In this document: piece by piece, positions 1 to 10,623 of the stretch
How positions within the stretch are numbered: the first letter of the stretch is position 1
Layout of the letters: every line of letters begins with the position of its first letter
Virus record (IMG/VR): IMGVR_UViG_3300025098_000012
Span: 124,001 to 188,000 of that record
Direction: 5' to 3' (one strand)
Length of the DNA: 64,000 nucleotides
The notes under the pieces: generated by a model
Told to the model about the DNA's origin: nothing
The model's input: the letters and a program-made list of their open reading frames with translations, nothing else
Database searches by the model: none
Translations under genes and position numbers: made by a program

Positions 1-2
1 AT

Positions 3-737
3 CCTAGAACTGGCACATTACATGAAACTCCTTTAGAGCATTGTAAACCATTTTCGGATCGTGAGCTTGAGCGTGTAGATTATATGTGGAGAGAAGGTAT
101 TCGCAGAAACAACTGGATACTTGAACAGGGAGGTGAGCGAGTTAAGTTATTTACTCGCAGGATAGCAGGTATTCCTTGTTATTGTACCTCCTTCGACAAA
201 GAGACTCTTAAATATGCGAAGCAACCCGACAGTCTTTGTACTATCTGTTTCGGTACAGGCATTAAGGGTGGGTATGATGGCCCTTACGACATCATAGTCG
301 GCCCTAATGACAGTGAGCGTAGGATTTCTCAAGAGGATCGAGGTAGACGCAAGGAACATTCATATGAAGTATGGATCGGTCCAAGTCCTATCGTGAGTCA
401 AAAAGACTTTATCGTTAAACCTAATAATGAACGGTACTCCTGTGGTGCAGTTAATATGCCATCCAATAGGGGTAATGTTTTACAACAGCATTTCAATATA
501 GCGTATCTTGATAGTGGCGACATACGATATAGATTCCCTATTGAGGGTGTTCCTGTATCATGGCCAGAGACTCGTTATGGGTATTGGCCTCAGAGAGATA
601 CCTACACAGCTCGTGGTGATGCTGTTTATCCTGTTACACCCGACAGTGCTTATCCTATGGATTCAGACAAGGCTACTGTATCTAATGCGTTGGAGAAGCG
701 AGGTCGTACTGCAACTTGGGAGAATCAGAACTATTAA
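3..737 (+). CDS. Virion protein, possibly head-tail connector/neck, with Zn-finger (5' truncated by window)
   Basis: Frame is open from the window edge (PRTGTLHE...DYMWREG). CYC...CTICFGTG Cys motif; lies next to the terminase. Function inferred from context only. Confidence 0.4.
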   Translation, partial: PRTGTLHETPLEHCKPFSDRELERVDYMWREGIRRNNWILEQGGERVKLFTRRIAGIPCYCTSFDKETLKYAKQPDSLCTICFGTGIKGGYDGPYDIIVGPNDSERRISQEDRGRRKEHSYEVWIGPSPIVSQKDFIVKPNNERYSCGAVNMPSNRGNVLQQHFNIAYLDSGDIRYRFPIEGVPVSWPETRYGYWPQRDTYTARGDAVYPVTPDSAYPMDSDKATVSNALEKRGRTATWENQNY

Positions 738-750
738 TAGTTTATTTATC
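736..750 (+). promoter_or_regulatory. Class A motif AATAGTTTATTTAT (putative late promoter); representative copy
   Basis: Sense-oriented copies upstream of genes at about 736+, 9477-, 10612-, 12420+, 13797-, 15408-, 16684-, 29149+, 29965+, 37947-, 41124-, 43317-, 43847-, 46910-, 50548-, 53931-, 62893-, 63926-. Confidence 0.75.
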
Positions 751-798
751 CCTATCAATAAGTGGTCATTCTAACCTTAACCAAATGGAGAACTCCCT

Positions 799-1200
799 AT
801 GAGAAGATCAGCATCAGAAATTATCAGTGAACTTGAGCAACGCATCGCTCGTCTTGAAGGTCGTAAGTCTTCTTTGAACCTCGATGGTGTGCTTGATGGT
901 ACATCCTCTATGTCTAAGGTTGAGTTAAGTGATCTTGCTGTCAATAAGATGAGAGACAGCATGGATAACTATCAAGAGAGAAAGATCCAATCTATGCTCG
1001 AAGAAGCTCAAACTCAAGGGCAGGCTGATTTGAAAACTGCTATGGAATGGAGTGCTAGGAAAGTTTCGGGTCAAGTAGCGTCTAAAAAAGGATTGAAAGA
1101 CTTTACGCACATGAGGGGTTGGCCTGTAGAGTTAGGTAGGGAAGCTCGTTATTGGATGTACTTTGCTTTGATCGCTAAAGGCATCATCAAACAACCCTAA
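799..1200 (+). CDS. Leader-family protein 1 (MRRSASEIISELEQRIARLE + helical cargo)
   Basis: Class A motif, GGAG RBS and the shared N-terminal leader. Confidence 0.8.
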   Translation: MRRSASEIISELEQRIARLEGRKSSLNLDGVLDGTSSMSKVELSDLAVNKMRDSMDNYQERKIQSMLEEAQTQGQADLKTAMEWSARKVSGQVASKKGLKDFTHMRGWPVELGREARYWMYFALIAKGIIKQP

Positions 1201-1206
1201 AATCTT

Positions 1207-4200
1207 TCATTTCTTCCCAAAGCGACCATTGATTGAGTCTCTTAGGTTATAGCGTGGTGATTTAGGTGCAATCCTTTTAGCATCTGAACCACCTCGCCCT
1301 GTGTATCGACCACCTGTAGCAAAGGTCTTTCCCCCTGCCATTGGGTGTCGGTATTGCCGACTGCCTTTAGAACTAGCAAAGTATCGACCTTTGCCGATGT
1401 TATTAGATGCAAGCCATGCCATGCGTACAAGTGCGTCTGACATATCGTCATGTTTGCCTTTAGTCTGTGGGGCTTCGACTGTGATGAGATGCTTACCATG
1501 CACCGTTTGCTGTAGCTCTAAGAGTTCTTGGATATACGGTTCATGTCCTTCTGTCTCATAGTTAGGTCGATTGTAAAGTTTGATCTTCTGATCCCACATC
1601 ATGTCCTTAAAGTTTTGATACATCTGTGAGGAGAGCTGTTTGGTCATATTATGAGAGGTAAGATTTTTCAATCCTCGCTTCTCAAGTGCTTGTTGAAATG
1701 GAATACCAGCCCATTGGTCAAACATACCCTCTGTGATGTAGAACTTCTTTGTGTAATCTAACACCCAGTCAGCGACATCATCGAACTCTAATCGTTCTTT
1801 GTCTTGGTAGATACCTTCACCTGCTTTAATTTGAGCTACTAGATCTACCACGATTTCTTCACCATCGAGATGTCCAATAGCTATGGCAGTTCCGTCACCT
1901 ACAAGACCCAAGTCGATCCCCATAAAGTGTGGCATTCTAGCAGGGGCTGATCTCTGAGGTTTTAACTGTGTGTCAACACAAGATAAGAGATCTTGTTCAT
2001 CTGTGATCCAACCTCTTGTTCTGTCTGTGAACTCGCCACCATACTCTGTAAAGAACACAGCGGCGTTCTTGAGATAATGCTTCTCGAACTCTTGAGCAGG
2101 AACAGTTGGGTTTACTTCCCAAGTAGGAGCTTGGACAGCAAGGATGTTATCGGCAGCCGCTCCCCCACCCATACCGATTTGGAACAGGTTATAAAACAAA
2201 CCCTGTTTACCCAAAGGAGAAGAAATCAAGATAACACGACCCTCTACCTCTCCAATAGGAACTGTGGGGTTGTTAGGGTCTTTAGCCGAGTAAGCAGAGG
2301 TCGAAGGTACAACAGCGTTATAGACTTCTTCAGCACCCGATTGACCTGTTTCAGTAAAGTGAGCCACCTCGTCAAGAATAACGCATATATTACCTGCACC
2401 ACGAAGCCCTTTAGCTACACAAGACCTAAATGTAACTTTAAGAGTAGCTTTAGCAGAGGGATCTTCAATGTATCTACCGTACTTCTCAACATCAGCAGGT
2501 GTTTGAAAGCGAGCGTAAGATAGAGTATTGTTAGCAGTATATGGGCCAAAAAAAGCACAGTTGCGATAGTGTCCAGAAACTTCTTGATAAAGCAATCCTG
2601 CTTGGTCTTTATCAGTCGCCACAGAGATGATTTGGATGTTATTGCTTTGAGGTAGTCCGTAGAACTTTTGTGGGTTTTCTTTTTTGATGAGTTTGTAGGT
2701 TTCATAAGCGGCAATACACGCAGAAATCGTAGTGTTGTGATTAGTAAACCCATTGCCGATGAACATTGCTCCGTTAGGGACATTGAGATCAAAGACATGA
2801 GCTTCACGCTGTTCTACTTTAATGATACGGTCGAAAAAGTAATCGAGGTCAATGAGGTTATATATCTGAGACTTTGTGGTTTGACTTAGACCCTTATGAT
2901 CAGCGATCTTCTTGATCTTCCAATAGGGGGTATATTTAGTTGTAGGGCTTAGATCATGTTCAAGATCGGGGTGGAACTTCTTAAGTCGTTCAGCATACTC
3001 ATAGAAGAATGGCACACCCTCATTAGCACCCCTATAAGAAACGCTCGACATCACACCTTCAAGACACTTTTTCTTACGCTCTGATATAAACCCTATATGT
3101 TGGTCGAAAATCCTCTTAGACTTAGATCCTTTGAGTCTAATACGATACTCGGTTCTATCTTCTCGATTACTTTTGGAAAGGTTAGAGGTGATGCCGAGAT
3201 TGAGTAAAAGGAGTTGTGTCTCCCTCGCAAGCTCATAAGAAGCAGATGAAAGGGTAATAGATTGTTTGTAAGCCGAACCATCTGTTTCAAACAGACCTCT
3301 TAAAAAAGCACACACCACGCTTTTAGGAGATTGCATGATCGTATGTGGGATTTGCTTGGTGGTTGTCGTGCAGTCAACCACCCAACCTAGATTATTAAGG
3401 AACTGTCTTATGTCCTTACCATGAGCTGAGACTCTACCTACATCTACTTTTCTTTTATCTGGATAGTAAGAAACTTTGCCAAACAAGTCTCTGAACAGAC
3501 CCATTAAGTATTTCTCGAATGGCTTCTCCCCTACAGTGATTGAAATAGCTTTATCATTAGTCCAATGACCATCACCTGCAAGCAGACCTAATAACTCACC
3601 CCAACGCTCATCAAGGTATTTGGGTTGGTTCACATTCGTGTGGTGTTCACTTATATCTACATATTCATTAGGCCAAAGCTGACTTGAGCGATTGATGCAA
3701 GCCACATCACCTTCTTCAATCTCTTCAAGGTACTTCCATTCGATCTTACATTCGGGAGTCATCACTTTGATACGATGATTTCCTGTACCCTCAATCCTGT
3801 ATCCACAGAATGTCTCTAGGTACTTGGTAGCTTTTACCCCTCCGTTGTAGAAATAAGCAGACCTAGAGGTTGTACCAGACTCTTGGACTACATTGACTTG
3901 TAAGGGTTGTACCTCATCTCCATTTATATCCCCTAACGAGTCAATCCTAACCATACCTCTATTTGTAGGAATGAGCGTTTCACCTGTTACGCATTTACCC
4001 GATCTACGACCAATAGAGAGGATCATCTCTCGTCTTTGTTTACCTGGTATTACTTCACCTATATTGCAACGACCTTCATCAAAGATTTTTCGCAGGTAAG
4101 ATTTCTCGGTGTGAGTCTCGATTTTGGTTCGTGTCCAATCAGAGATTTGAAAGGTCTTTTCATCATCAAGCTCAAGACCATAGTGTGCTTTAAGGATAAC

Positions 4201-4329
4201 TCTTTGCACAGGAAAAAGGGTCATCTTCAAACCCCAAGATGCTTCTACAAACTCGATGATGTCAGCATCTTTTTCAGATTTTTTACCTGCTCTCGCACTC
4301 GCAGAAATGGCTACTGAGGATAAACTCAT
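1207..4329 (-). CDS. terL: Terminase large subunit containing an intein
   Basis: Walker A GRRSGK/T split by an intein; Walker B VILDEVAH; LISSP; RNase H-like C-terminal nuclease (GIDLGLVGDGTA ... HDDMSDAL). Confidence 0.92.
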   Translation of the reverse strand: MSLSSVAISASARAGKKSEKDADIIEFVEASWGLKMTLFPVQRVILKAHYGLELDDEKTFQISDWTRTKIETHTEKSYLRKIFDEGRCNIGEVIPGKQRREMILSIGRRSGKCVTGETLIPTNRGMVRIDSLGDINGDEVQPLQVNVVQESGTTSRSAYFYNGGVKATKYLETFCGYRIEGTGNHRIKVMTPECKIEWKYLEEIEEGDVACINRSSQLWPNEYVDISEHHTNVNQPKYLDERWGELLGLLAGDGHWTNDKAISITVGEKPFEKYLMGLFRDLFGKVSYYPDKRKVDVGRVSAHGKDIRQFLNNLGWVVDCTTTTKQIPHTIMQSPKSVVCAFLRGLFETDGSAYKQSITLSSASYELARETQLLLLNLGITSNLSKSNREDRTEYRIRLKGSKSKRIFDQHIGFISERKKKCLEGVMSSVSYRGANEGVPFFYEYAERLKKFHPDLEHDLSPTTKYTPYWKIKKIADHKGLSQTTKSQIYNLIDLDYFFDRIIKVEQREAHVFDLNVPNGAMFIGNGFTNHNTTISACIAAYETYKLIKKENPQKFYGLPQSNNIQIISVATDKDQAGLLYQEVSGHYRNCAFFGPYTANNTLSYARFQTPADVEKYGRYIEDPSAKATLKVTFRSCVAKGLRGAGNICVILDEVAHFTETGQSGAEEVYNAVVPSTSAYSAKDPNNPTVPIGEVEGRVILISSPLGKQGLFYNLFQIGMGGGAAADNILAVQAPTWEVNPTVPAQEFEKHYLKNAAVFFTEYGGEFTDRTRGWITDEQDLLSCVDTQLKPQRSAPARMPHFMGIDLGLVGDGTAIAIGHLDGEEIVVDLVAQIKAGEGIYQDKERLEFDDVADWVLDYTKKFYITEGMFDQWAGIPFQQALEKRGLKNLTSHNMTKQLSSQMYQNFKDMMWDQKIKLYNRPNYETEGHEPYIQELLELQQTVHGKHLITVEAPQTKGKHDDMSDALVRMAWLASNNIGKGRYFASSKGSRQYRHPMAGGKTFATGGRYTGRGGSDAKRIAPKSPRYNLRDSINGRFGKK
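2734..3993 (-). mobile_element. Intein (420 aa) with LAGLIDADG homing endonuclease in terL
   Basis: Begins CVTGETLI and ends GFTNHN with +1 Thr; contains LLGLLAGDG and FLRGLFETDG LAGLIDADG motifs. Confidence 0.95.
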
Positions 4330-5015
4330 TACTTATCACTTTCTATTGCCTTTTTTGCGTCTGTAATCCATTCTGGATCGTCTACCATTTTCCCAAAAGT
4401 AGCAAAAACGCTCTCGGCAAGTTCGGGACGAACACCAGCCTCATCACACGCTTTTCGGAATGTTTCAGCGATATGTCCGAATACTTTTTTAAATGCCTTC
4501 GACTCTAAGTCGATAGCCTTAGATGACATCAGTTCTTTTTTCTTAATCCAAGTGTCGCCCACAGCCCTTAACGCATTTACTCTCCTAAGAGAAATCTGTG
4601 AGGTAGACTCACCTCTACGCTCTGCTTCTTCTCTTTCAAAAGCAAGAGAAGCTGACTCCTCAGCTAGACCGACAAGGACATGAGTAAGTACATCAGATGA
4701 GTCTGCGTTCTTTTTAGTGGTATCAAATACAGCATCGTTATTAAGTTTAGCTTGTTTGCGTTGCTGTAGTTGATTGATGTTCGCCTGTGGGTTTGAATGT
4801 GGAACAGATGGAGTGTTGACAGGTGTCTGTTTTACATTAGCATTATTGGAACTAGGTTGGCCAGGTTTTCCAAACATGGCATAAGGTTCGCCTGTTTTAA
4901 AGTTAATACGAATTGTATCGGTGCTTAAGACTTCGGAGGGTTTTCGCCAAATTAGTTTGCCATATTCATCTTCTACTTGAACTCTTGTAGCACCTGCTGG
5001 AATAGGTATCGACAT
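4329..5015 (-). CDS. Possible terminase small subunit
   Basis: Immediately upstream of and overlapping terL by 1 nt; helical C-terminal half; no diagnostic motif. Confidence 0.35.
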   Translation of the reverse strand: MSIPIPAGATRVQVEDEYGKLIWRKPSEVLSTDTIRINFKTGEPYAMFGKPGQPSSNNANVKQTPVNTPSVPHSNPQANINQLQQRKQAKLNNDAVFDTTKKNADSSDVLTHVLVGLAEESASLAFEREEAERRGESTSQISLRRVNALRAVGDTWIKKKELMSSKAIDLESKAFKKVFGHIAETFRKACDEAGVRPELAESVFATFGKMVDDPEWITDAKKAIESDK

Positions 5016-5033
5016 ATAAACCTCCTTAACTTA

Positions 5034-5699
5034 TTAAGACTCATTCATAGGTAATATACCATTAGGTCGTACTAAAAGAACACCTGCACCGCCTTCTGCA
5101 ACAGTTGGGTCATAAAGGGTGTTTCCATCCATATCCTCGATAATAAAGGGTGGGTTTCCATTAAGTAATAAATAAGAGAAGCTATACACTTTAATAAAAA
5201 GTGCTGATGACACCTCATTACTACGGACAAGAACATGATTAAGATTTTGAGGATCTACACTCGCTGAGATGTCGGTTACAGAGTCATTTAATACGAGTGC
5301 AAGATCAGAGGCGACATCATTAACATTACCTGCACCCTCACCCTCACCCCTACCAAAGTGAGTGCCTGCTTTGAGAGAGTTGATACGATCAACATCTATA
5401 TAACCAGATGTTTGGATTTGGATGAGGTCTTGATCATAAAAGGGAGGTGCATTGCCGAGATTTTCATTCCCAAAGTCAGTTGTCTCTACTTTGATGCGTA
5501 CTTGATTAGTACTTGCGTCTATATTCCCAAGAACACCAGTACCCATACTAGTTGTGATGACTTGAGTTTCAAAGACTTGACGGATAGGCTGAGGGTTTCC
5601 TGCTTCACCTTTCGAGGGGTCAGATGACTTCCTTAAGTGAGCAACGAGCATTTTAAACTGAGGGGTAGCAACGACCCTACGATTGTAAGAGGAAAGCAT
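5034..5699 (-). CDS. Hypothetical protein, probably virion
   Basis: 221-aa ORF with RBS in the operon upstream of terL. Confidence 0.55.
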   Translation of the reverse strand: MLSSYNRRVVATPQFKMLVAHLRKSSDPSKGEAGNPQPIRQVFETQVITTSMGTGVLGNIDASTNQVRIKVETTDFGNENLGNAPPFYDQDLIQIQTSGYIDVDRINSLKAGTHFGRGEGEGAGNVNDVASDLALVLNDSVTDISASVDPQNLNHVLVRSNEVSSALFIKVYSFSYLLLNGNPPFIIEDMDGNTLYDPTVAEGGAGVLLVRPNGILPMNES

Positions 5700-5710
5700 A
5701 TCCTATCTCC

Positions 5711-8700
5711 TTAAACTTCAAATCCACCAAAAAGAACATCTCCTAACTCTTCATGTGAAGGTGCATCATCGACAGAAACACTTTCACTAGCTGTTAAGTT
5801 GAACTCATTAGCATCATAGTTATTAACGAATAGTGATGCTGTTTGCTCACTATCACTTGCGTTCGCCAATCGGATCATCTCTTGCTGATAAGACTGAGGA
5901 CTCTCAACCACCTCATCTGCTGAAGCAATGATCGGTTTGTTATACTTCTGACAAGACCCATCTGTGTTGAACACGCATGAGCCACACTTAGAGGTCTTAA
6001 GAATTGTTGGGATCTGATTAGCCCTATGGACTAATGCACCTTTATCACAGCCCTCAACACCCTTAGTCATGTAAGCAGAAGCGTCTACATAAGCATGACC
6101 CGATAGACCCTCATGTTCTGATCTGATAGATGCGATCCTATTTCCATACTCATTCACTACATTATGATTAAAGCGTGTAGCGATTAAGACATCTAACTCC
6201 TCACCTGCTGATCCTTCACTCATCTTCTGTCGAACCCATGTGGCTACCTTTTTCTCGGTCGCTGTCATGGTATTTGATTTCTTGTTGCCTAGAATATGAG
6301 CTGTCTGTTCGCCTTGATACTGAGTTGCCTCAGCAGGTTTAGAAGCCATATCGAATGCTTTGCGTACAAACTCATCTGGATTATTAGAGCTTGGAATAGA
6401 ATCAACTTGACCTTGAGTTAGTAAACCTGTCTCTACGAGCTTGGCTACCTTATCTTGAGCTTTTGACCAATCAGAAGCTGTATAGTTAATCTCAGCCTTC
6501 TTAGAGAACTTCGCACCGTAATGTCCAGTCTGACCCGATGCCTTCTTCACATGGACAGGCTTGCTTACTAGCTCATAAAGAGCATGGAGTCGTGCCTGTA
6601 ATGAAGAGTGTTTGTTTACGATACGATCAAACTGATCCATAGAGACAACACCCGACTGAATAAGGGTATTGATCTGACCCATAACCTTCTTCTCATAAGC
6701 CATTTTAGATCGAGAGGCTTGTTTATTGAAGAATGTGTCTTGGATTTTCTTCAGTTGAGAGGAGGTCAAACGAGCTTCAAAGTTATCAGCTTCGCCTTGA
6801 TAAGTTGATACTTTATCTGTCTTAGACTCAATCAGCTTCAAGACAGCCCTAAGTTTGCCTTCTGGAGTAGACGCTTTCTTAGCTACTCTTTCAACTTCAT
6901 CAATCGACACTAAGTTAGCCGAGATCAACCCTGCAATCTTTTCTTGGGCTATTTCTTTTCTACGAGTAAGCTCTCTACTGCCCTTTTGAGGTACATAAGC
7001 GTTAGCGTCTGTCTGATGCTTACGCATATTGTGATAAGATGCGTTCTTACCTTGACCCTCATAAGTGGAATAGTCATCAACCTTATGTGCAATCCTGTTA
7101 AAGACAGCCGACACCTTATCTTCGGGTGTTTGGTACTTAGCAATGATTGATGTCGCTTCTTGTGCAGAAATCAAGCCTGCTTTAACAATACGAGCAATCT
7201 TGTCTTTCGCCCTAGCGTACCTTTGCTCCATAGTGATCTCAGAACGAGTCTTAAAGTCGCTCTCAATCTCATTGCGAGTAGGGAGTAGGAGTTTGACTCC
7301 AATACCTTGACCCTCATAAGTAGAGGCAAGGTTCTCTATGTTTTTAGCGATGTGATTGAATACAGCTTTAACTTTATCTTCTGGTAACTCAAATCGAGAT
7401 GAGATAGAGGAGGCTTCTTGTGATGTAATCATACCTGCTTTAACGATACGACCAATCTTATCTTTAGCTGATGCAAAGCGTTGATCGAGGTTCAGCTCAG
7501 AGCGAGTCTTAAAGTTCTCCTCGATTTTGCTCTTATGTGGGGTATGAGCTTTAATGCCAACACCTTGACCAAGATAGTCCTTCGCATCTTTCGGTGTACT
7601 TGCTAACTCATACAGACGCTCAATCTTTTTAGATGCTGTCTTGTTCGATTCAACAACAGCATTGACTTGCTCCTCATCAAGAAATCCTTGATTGATGAGT
7701 TGGCTTGCGATCCGATTGAGTTTTTGTTCAATCTTTGATTGTTCAACATCTTCATACGAAGCAACAAAGATGTTTTCTTCTCTAGCGTTTTCTAGTTCCC
7801 TACGAGCATGGTCAAGAGAGATAAGGCTAGATTGATCGAGCTGTGTTGGAAACCATGTTGCAGATTTATCTTGTCGGTTTACACGACCTTCAATGAGATC
7901 TATAAACGCTGTCTGTAAGCGAGCTTTAGTAGATCCAGATGCGAGGCGAACACCGTAAGACTCTAGCTTAGGGAGTAGGGCTTTAGATGCTTTGTTCCAA
8001 GGTACTTCATTGACGACTTCCATACCCAAGAAGCGATCAAAGGCACAGTCTTTATTTTTAGGGATGATATACATCGCTGTTGCACAACGCTTGTTGATTA
8101 CTTCATCCCAACGACCATTGAACAAACCAGGAAAGTGTTCTTCTTTAATGTAAACACGACCATGTAATCCATACTCGGAAGCGAGCTTGGATTTGATCTC
8201 TAGGACTTGAGACTCTTTTACTTCGGAGAGAACTACATTCATAGGGTGTCCATAAGCGAGCTTACGAATGTTACGCTCCATCTCTTCCCTATAATCATCC
8301 CCTGGTAGTTGAGACTGTTCGTCAGTGTAGTTATTTTTATATGGTGCGTGGTATCTATTCTCATTTGGAATGATGTCAAGACCTGTGGTGCTAGTCTGAC
8401 CCCATGACTGCTCAAGAGCTTTAAGCTGATTGCTCGCAGGGTTATTCATGTGTCCATCAGCAAGGTCTTTATATACTTGCTCCATCTCGGCTGTACCACT
8501 AAGATCGGGTTCGGGCTGAGAAGCGAGCCATGAGTGGTCAACTAAAGTCACATCTTGAGTTGCTTCACGAGTGATCTCACCCATATTAAGATCAGCTTGA
8601 TGCTCTATCCCATCGGGAAGCATTGAGATACCCGAACTATCGAGTGGGATCATTCCACTAGGTAAGTTTGCTAACCCTCTTGCTTCGGGCAATCGAGCTT

Positions 8701-8818
8701 TCTCTTGAGGACCGCCACCATATTCAGTGTCGAAATGAAACCCATCCATCATGTAGTTTGACCCTTGAGTAAGGGTGTATCCACCATTAGGCATATAGCT
8801 TTTGTTTTTACTACTCAT
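5711..8818 (-). CDS. 1035-aa repeat protein, putative internal head/core protein
   Basis: Six ~80-aa helical repeats (KDKIxRIVKAGxI...YxGQG); Cys-rich C-terminal domain (CDKG...CGSC...CQKY). Confidence 0.7.
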   Translation of the reverse strand: MSSKNKSYMPNGGYTLTQGSNYMMDGFHFDTEYGGGPQEKARLPEARGLANLPSGMIPLDSSGISMLPDGIEHQADLNMGEITREATQDVTLVDHSWLASQPEPDLSGTAEMEQVYKDLADGHMNNPASNQLKALEQSWGQTSTTGLDIIPNENRYHAPYKNNYTDEQSQLPGDDYREEMERNIRKLAYGHPMNVVLSEVKESQVLEIKSKLASEYGLHGRVYIKEEHFPGLFNGRWDEVINKRCATAMYIIPKNKDCAFDRFLGMEVVNEVPWNKASKALLPKLESYGVRLASGSTKARLQTAFIDLIEGRVNRQDKSATWFPTQLDQSSLISLDHARRELENAREENIFVASYEDVEQSKIEQKLNRIASQLINQGFLDEEQVNAVVESNKTASKKIERLYELASTPKDAKDYLGQGVGIKAHTPHKSKIEENFKTRSELNLDQRFASAKDKIGRIVKAGMITSQEASSISSRFELPEDKVKAVFNHIAKNIENLASTYEGQGIGVKLLLPTRNEIESDFKTRSEITMEQRYARAKDKIARIVKAGLISAQEATSIIAKYQTPEDKVSAVFNRIAHKVDDYSTYEGQGKNASYHNMRKHQTDANAYVPQKGSRELTRRKEIAQEKIAGLISANLVSIDEVERVAKKASTPEGKLRAVLKLIESKTDKVSTYQGEADNFEARLTSSQLKKIQDTFFNKQASRSKMAYEKKVMGQINTLIQSGVVSMDQFDRIVNKHSSLQARLHALYELVSKPVHVKKASGQTGHYGAKFSKKAEINYTASDWSKAQDKVAKLVETGLLTQGQVDSIPSSNNPDEFVRKAFDMASKPAEATQYQGEQTAHILGNKKSNTMTATEKKVATWVRQKMSEGSAGEELDVLIATRFNHNVVNEYGNRIASIRSEHEGLSGHAYVDASAYMTKGVEGCDKGALVHRANQIPTILKTSKCGSCVFNTDGSCQKYNKPIIASADEVVESPQSYQQEMIRLANASDSEQTASLFVNNYDANEFNLTASESVSVDDAPSHEELGDVLFGGFEV

Positions 8819-9438
8819 TTTTTGACCTTTCTTGGTGATGAGAAATCTCTCTTAGGAATGTCCTTACCCTCCGAGTTTTTTTCAACCTCGCCCTCTTCTA
8901 CCTCTATAGCCCAACCTTCGGGGTCATCTTTCATTTCCTCAATTTCATCCATGACTTGATTAAGCATTTTATCTTGTTCCATTTTCCAATGGTCAGCAGT
9001 GATTTCGTCATAGAGGGTATCAGACATAGCAGAGAGAGCTTCTACTACATTCATGTACTGCCTACGAATAGCTTTGATTTCCATAATGTAGCCTCGACCA
9101 CCTAGATTACCATCGGGGCTGATGTCTCTTGATTTGATCTTGGCAAATGTAGTGTATGCACTCATTGAATGACCAAGAGCAGATAAGGTAGATCTAAGAA
9201 CCTTAGCTATATTCTTATTACACTTTTGATTAAAGGTATGGTTCGGGTCCATATTGCGTTGACTTGGAGGGTGTTGCCCCCAAGCCCAAGCGTTAGAGTC
9301 ATCGCCATGATCTTTAATGAAGCGAACTTCACCAGCAGTCTTAACCCTACCTGCTGTCTTTGACCGAGCGTTGATCTTACGAGCTTGCTTTATAAGCAGA
9401 TAGCGTTCGGCTACTGCTTTAGGGTTCGCCTTTGTCAT
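8815..9438 (-). CDS. Hypothetical protein (likely start MTKANP at 9438)
   Basis: The ORF-track 5' extension encodes the class A motif; the RBS precedes 9438; contains VAERYL and KTAG motifs. Confidence 0.65.
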   Translation of the reverse strand: MTKANPKAVAERYLLIKQARKINARSKTAGRVKTAGEVRFIKDHGDDSNAWAWGQHPPSQRNMDPNHTFNQKCNKNIAKVLRSTLSALGHSMSAYTTFAKIKSRDISPDGNLGGRGYIMEIKAIRRQYMNVVEALSAMSDTLYDEITADHWKMEQDKMLNQVMDEIEEMKDDPEGWAIEVEEGEVEKNSEGKDIPKRDFSSPRKVKK

Positions 9439-9499
9439 AATATACTCTCTCTTTCTAAATCTTACTGAAAGAGAGAGTATAAATAGACTATTAAAAACC

Positions 9500-10564
9500 T
9501 TAGAGGCTTTCTCGAAGATGCTCTTCAACCACAGCCTTTAGACGAGCACGAAGATCATCTTTCCATTCTCTCTCTGAAGGCATCTCAGAAGCCTTAGCGA
9601 TGTAGTATACAGTACCTACAGATGGATTAGCGTTTGTGAAGCCCTGTGATACAGTGTCCATAAGGAAATAGAAAGAATTGTCTTTCTTGCTGTATCCTGC
9701 ACCTTTCATCTCGCCCTCGTAGTAAATCTTACCGTAGTCAGAAAGACCACCCTCTACGAGATCGTCAAACTCACCCGAAAGGAGGGTCTGACGAGTACGG
9801 TCAACATTTGACTTCTCTGCGTACTGGCTACGGATAGCAGGAACAGGAAGTTTTCCTCCACGCTCATAAACCATCACGAAGTTTCCAACCTTTGGCTGTG
9901 AGATTACCTTTTGGTAGTGGCTAAGGCTCTTAAATGAAGCACGATAAATACCATGACCATTATGAGGAGCAAGTGCCTTTTCACGCATTTCACCAAGAAT
10001 ACGATTTACAGCGTTTGTGTCGCCTTTAGCCTCAGCTTTTTCGAGCTTTTTGGTAAGACCACTGATACCTCTTGCTGGCATAACTGCTTTGAACTCAAAT
10101 TTCTTGCTACCAACTTTACCTGTTTTGGTGTCGATTGGTGAAACTTGGTAAGTGCAAAGTTCACGAAGGTCAGCAGGTTCGATACGAGCAACAATCAGAC
10201 AATACTGCTCATTGTCTGGAGTATGCTCAAGAACACCACAGTTTCTTTTGTTTTCGGGGTGGATACATTTTGATGGGTCAACAAGAACAATCTCACCGAT
10301 GTCAAGAGGTCCACGCTTTTTGACGGGAGCCGCTTCACCTGGCTGACGGACTTTCACACCCGAAGAAGAAAGATATGAAACAACTTCATTAACACTCATG
10401 CCTTGTGGGTTAGACATTTTAGCCCATGCCGCAAAAGCTGCCGCATCGTCTGTGTTAAGAGCAGTTGCGATTTTATCTGTCTTAAGGATGTTGATGAGTT
10501 TCGCTTTGAAAGCTGGGTCTTTCTTAGCGAGCTTTAGTAGTTGTTCTCTTTGGTTCTTGTCCAT
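9500..10564 (-). CDS. Hypothetical protein with helical N-terminus (LLKLAKKDPAFKAKLINIL)
   Basis: 354-aa ORF with class A motif and AGGAG RBS. Confidence 0.65.
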   Translation of the reverse strand: MDKNQREQLLKLAKKDPAFKAKLINILKTDKIATALNTDDAAAFAAWAKMSNPQGMSVNEVVSYLSSSGVKVRQPGEAAPVKKRGPLDIGEIVLVDPSKCIHPENKRNCGVLEHTPDNEQYCLIVARIEPADLRELCTYQVSPIDTKTGKVGSKKFEFKAVMPARGISGLTKKLEKAEAKGDTNAVNRILGEMREKALAPHNGHGIYRASFKSLSHYQKVISQPKVGNFVMVYERGGKLPVPAIRSQYAEKSNVDRTRQTLLSGEFDDLVEGGLSDYGKIYYEGEMKGAGYSKKDNSFYFLMDTVSQGFTNANPSVGTVYYIAKASEMPSEREWKDDLRARLKAVVEEHLRESL

Positions 10565-10623
10565 GATGGATCTCCTTTGAATGAAAAAATACAGACACCA
10601 CAGAGCGAGCCATAAATAAACTA

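Noticed and set aside
736-750. Archaeal TATA box / archaeal or eukaryotic virus origin
   Set aside because: SD sites, peptidoglycan amidase, NusG, DnaX and an outer-membrane protein indicate a bacterial host.
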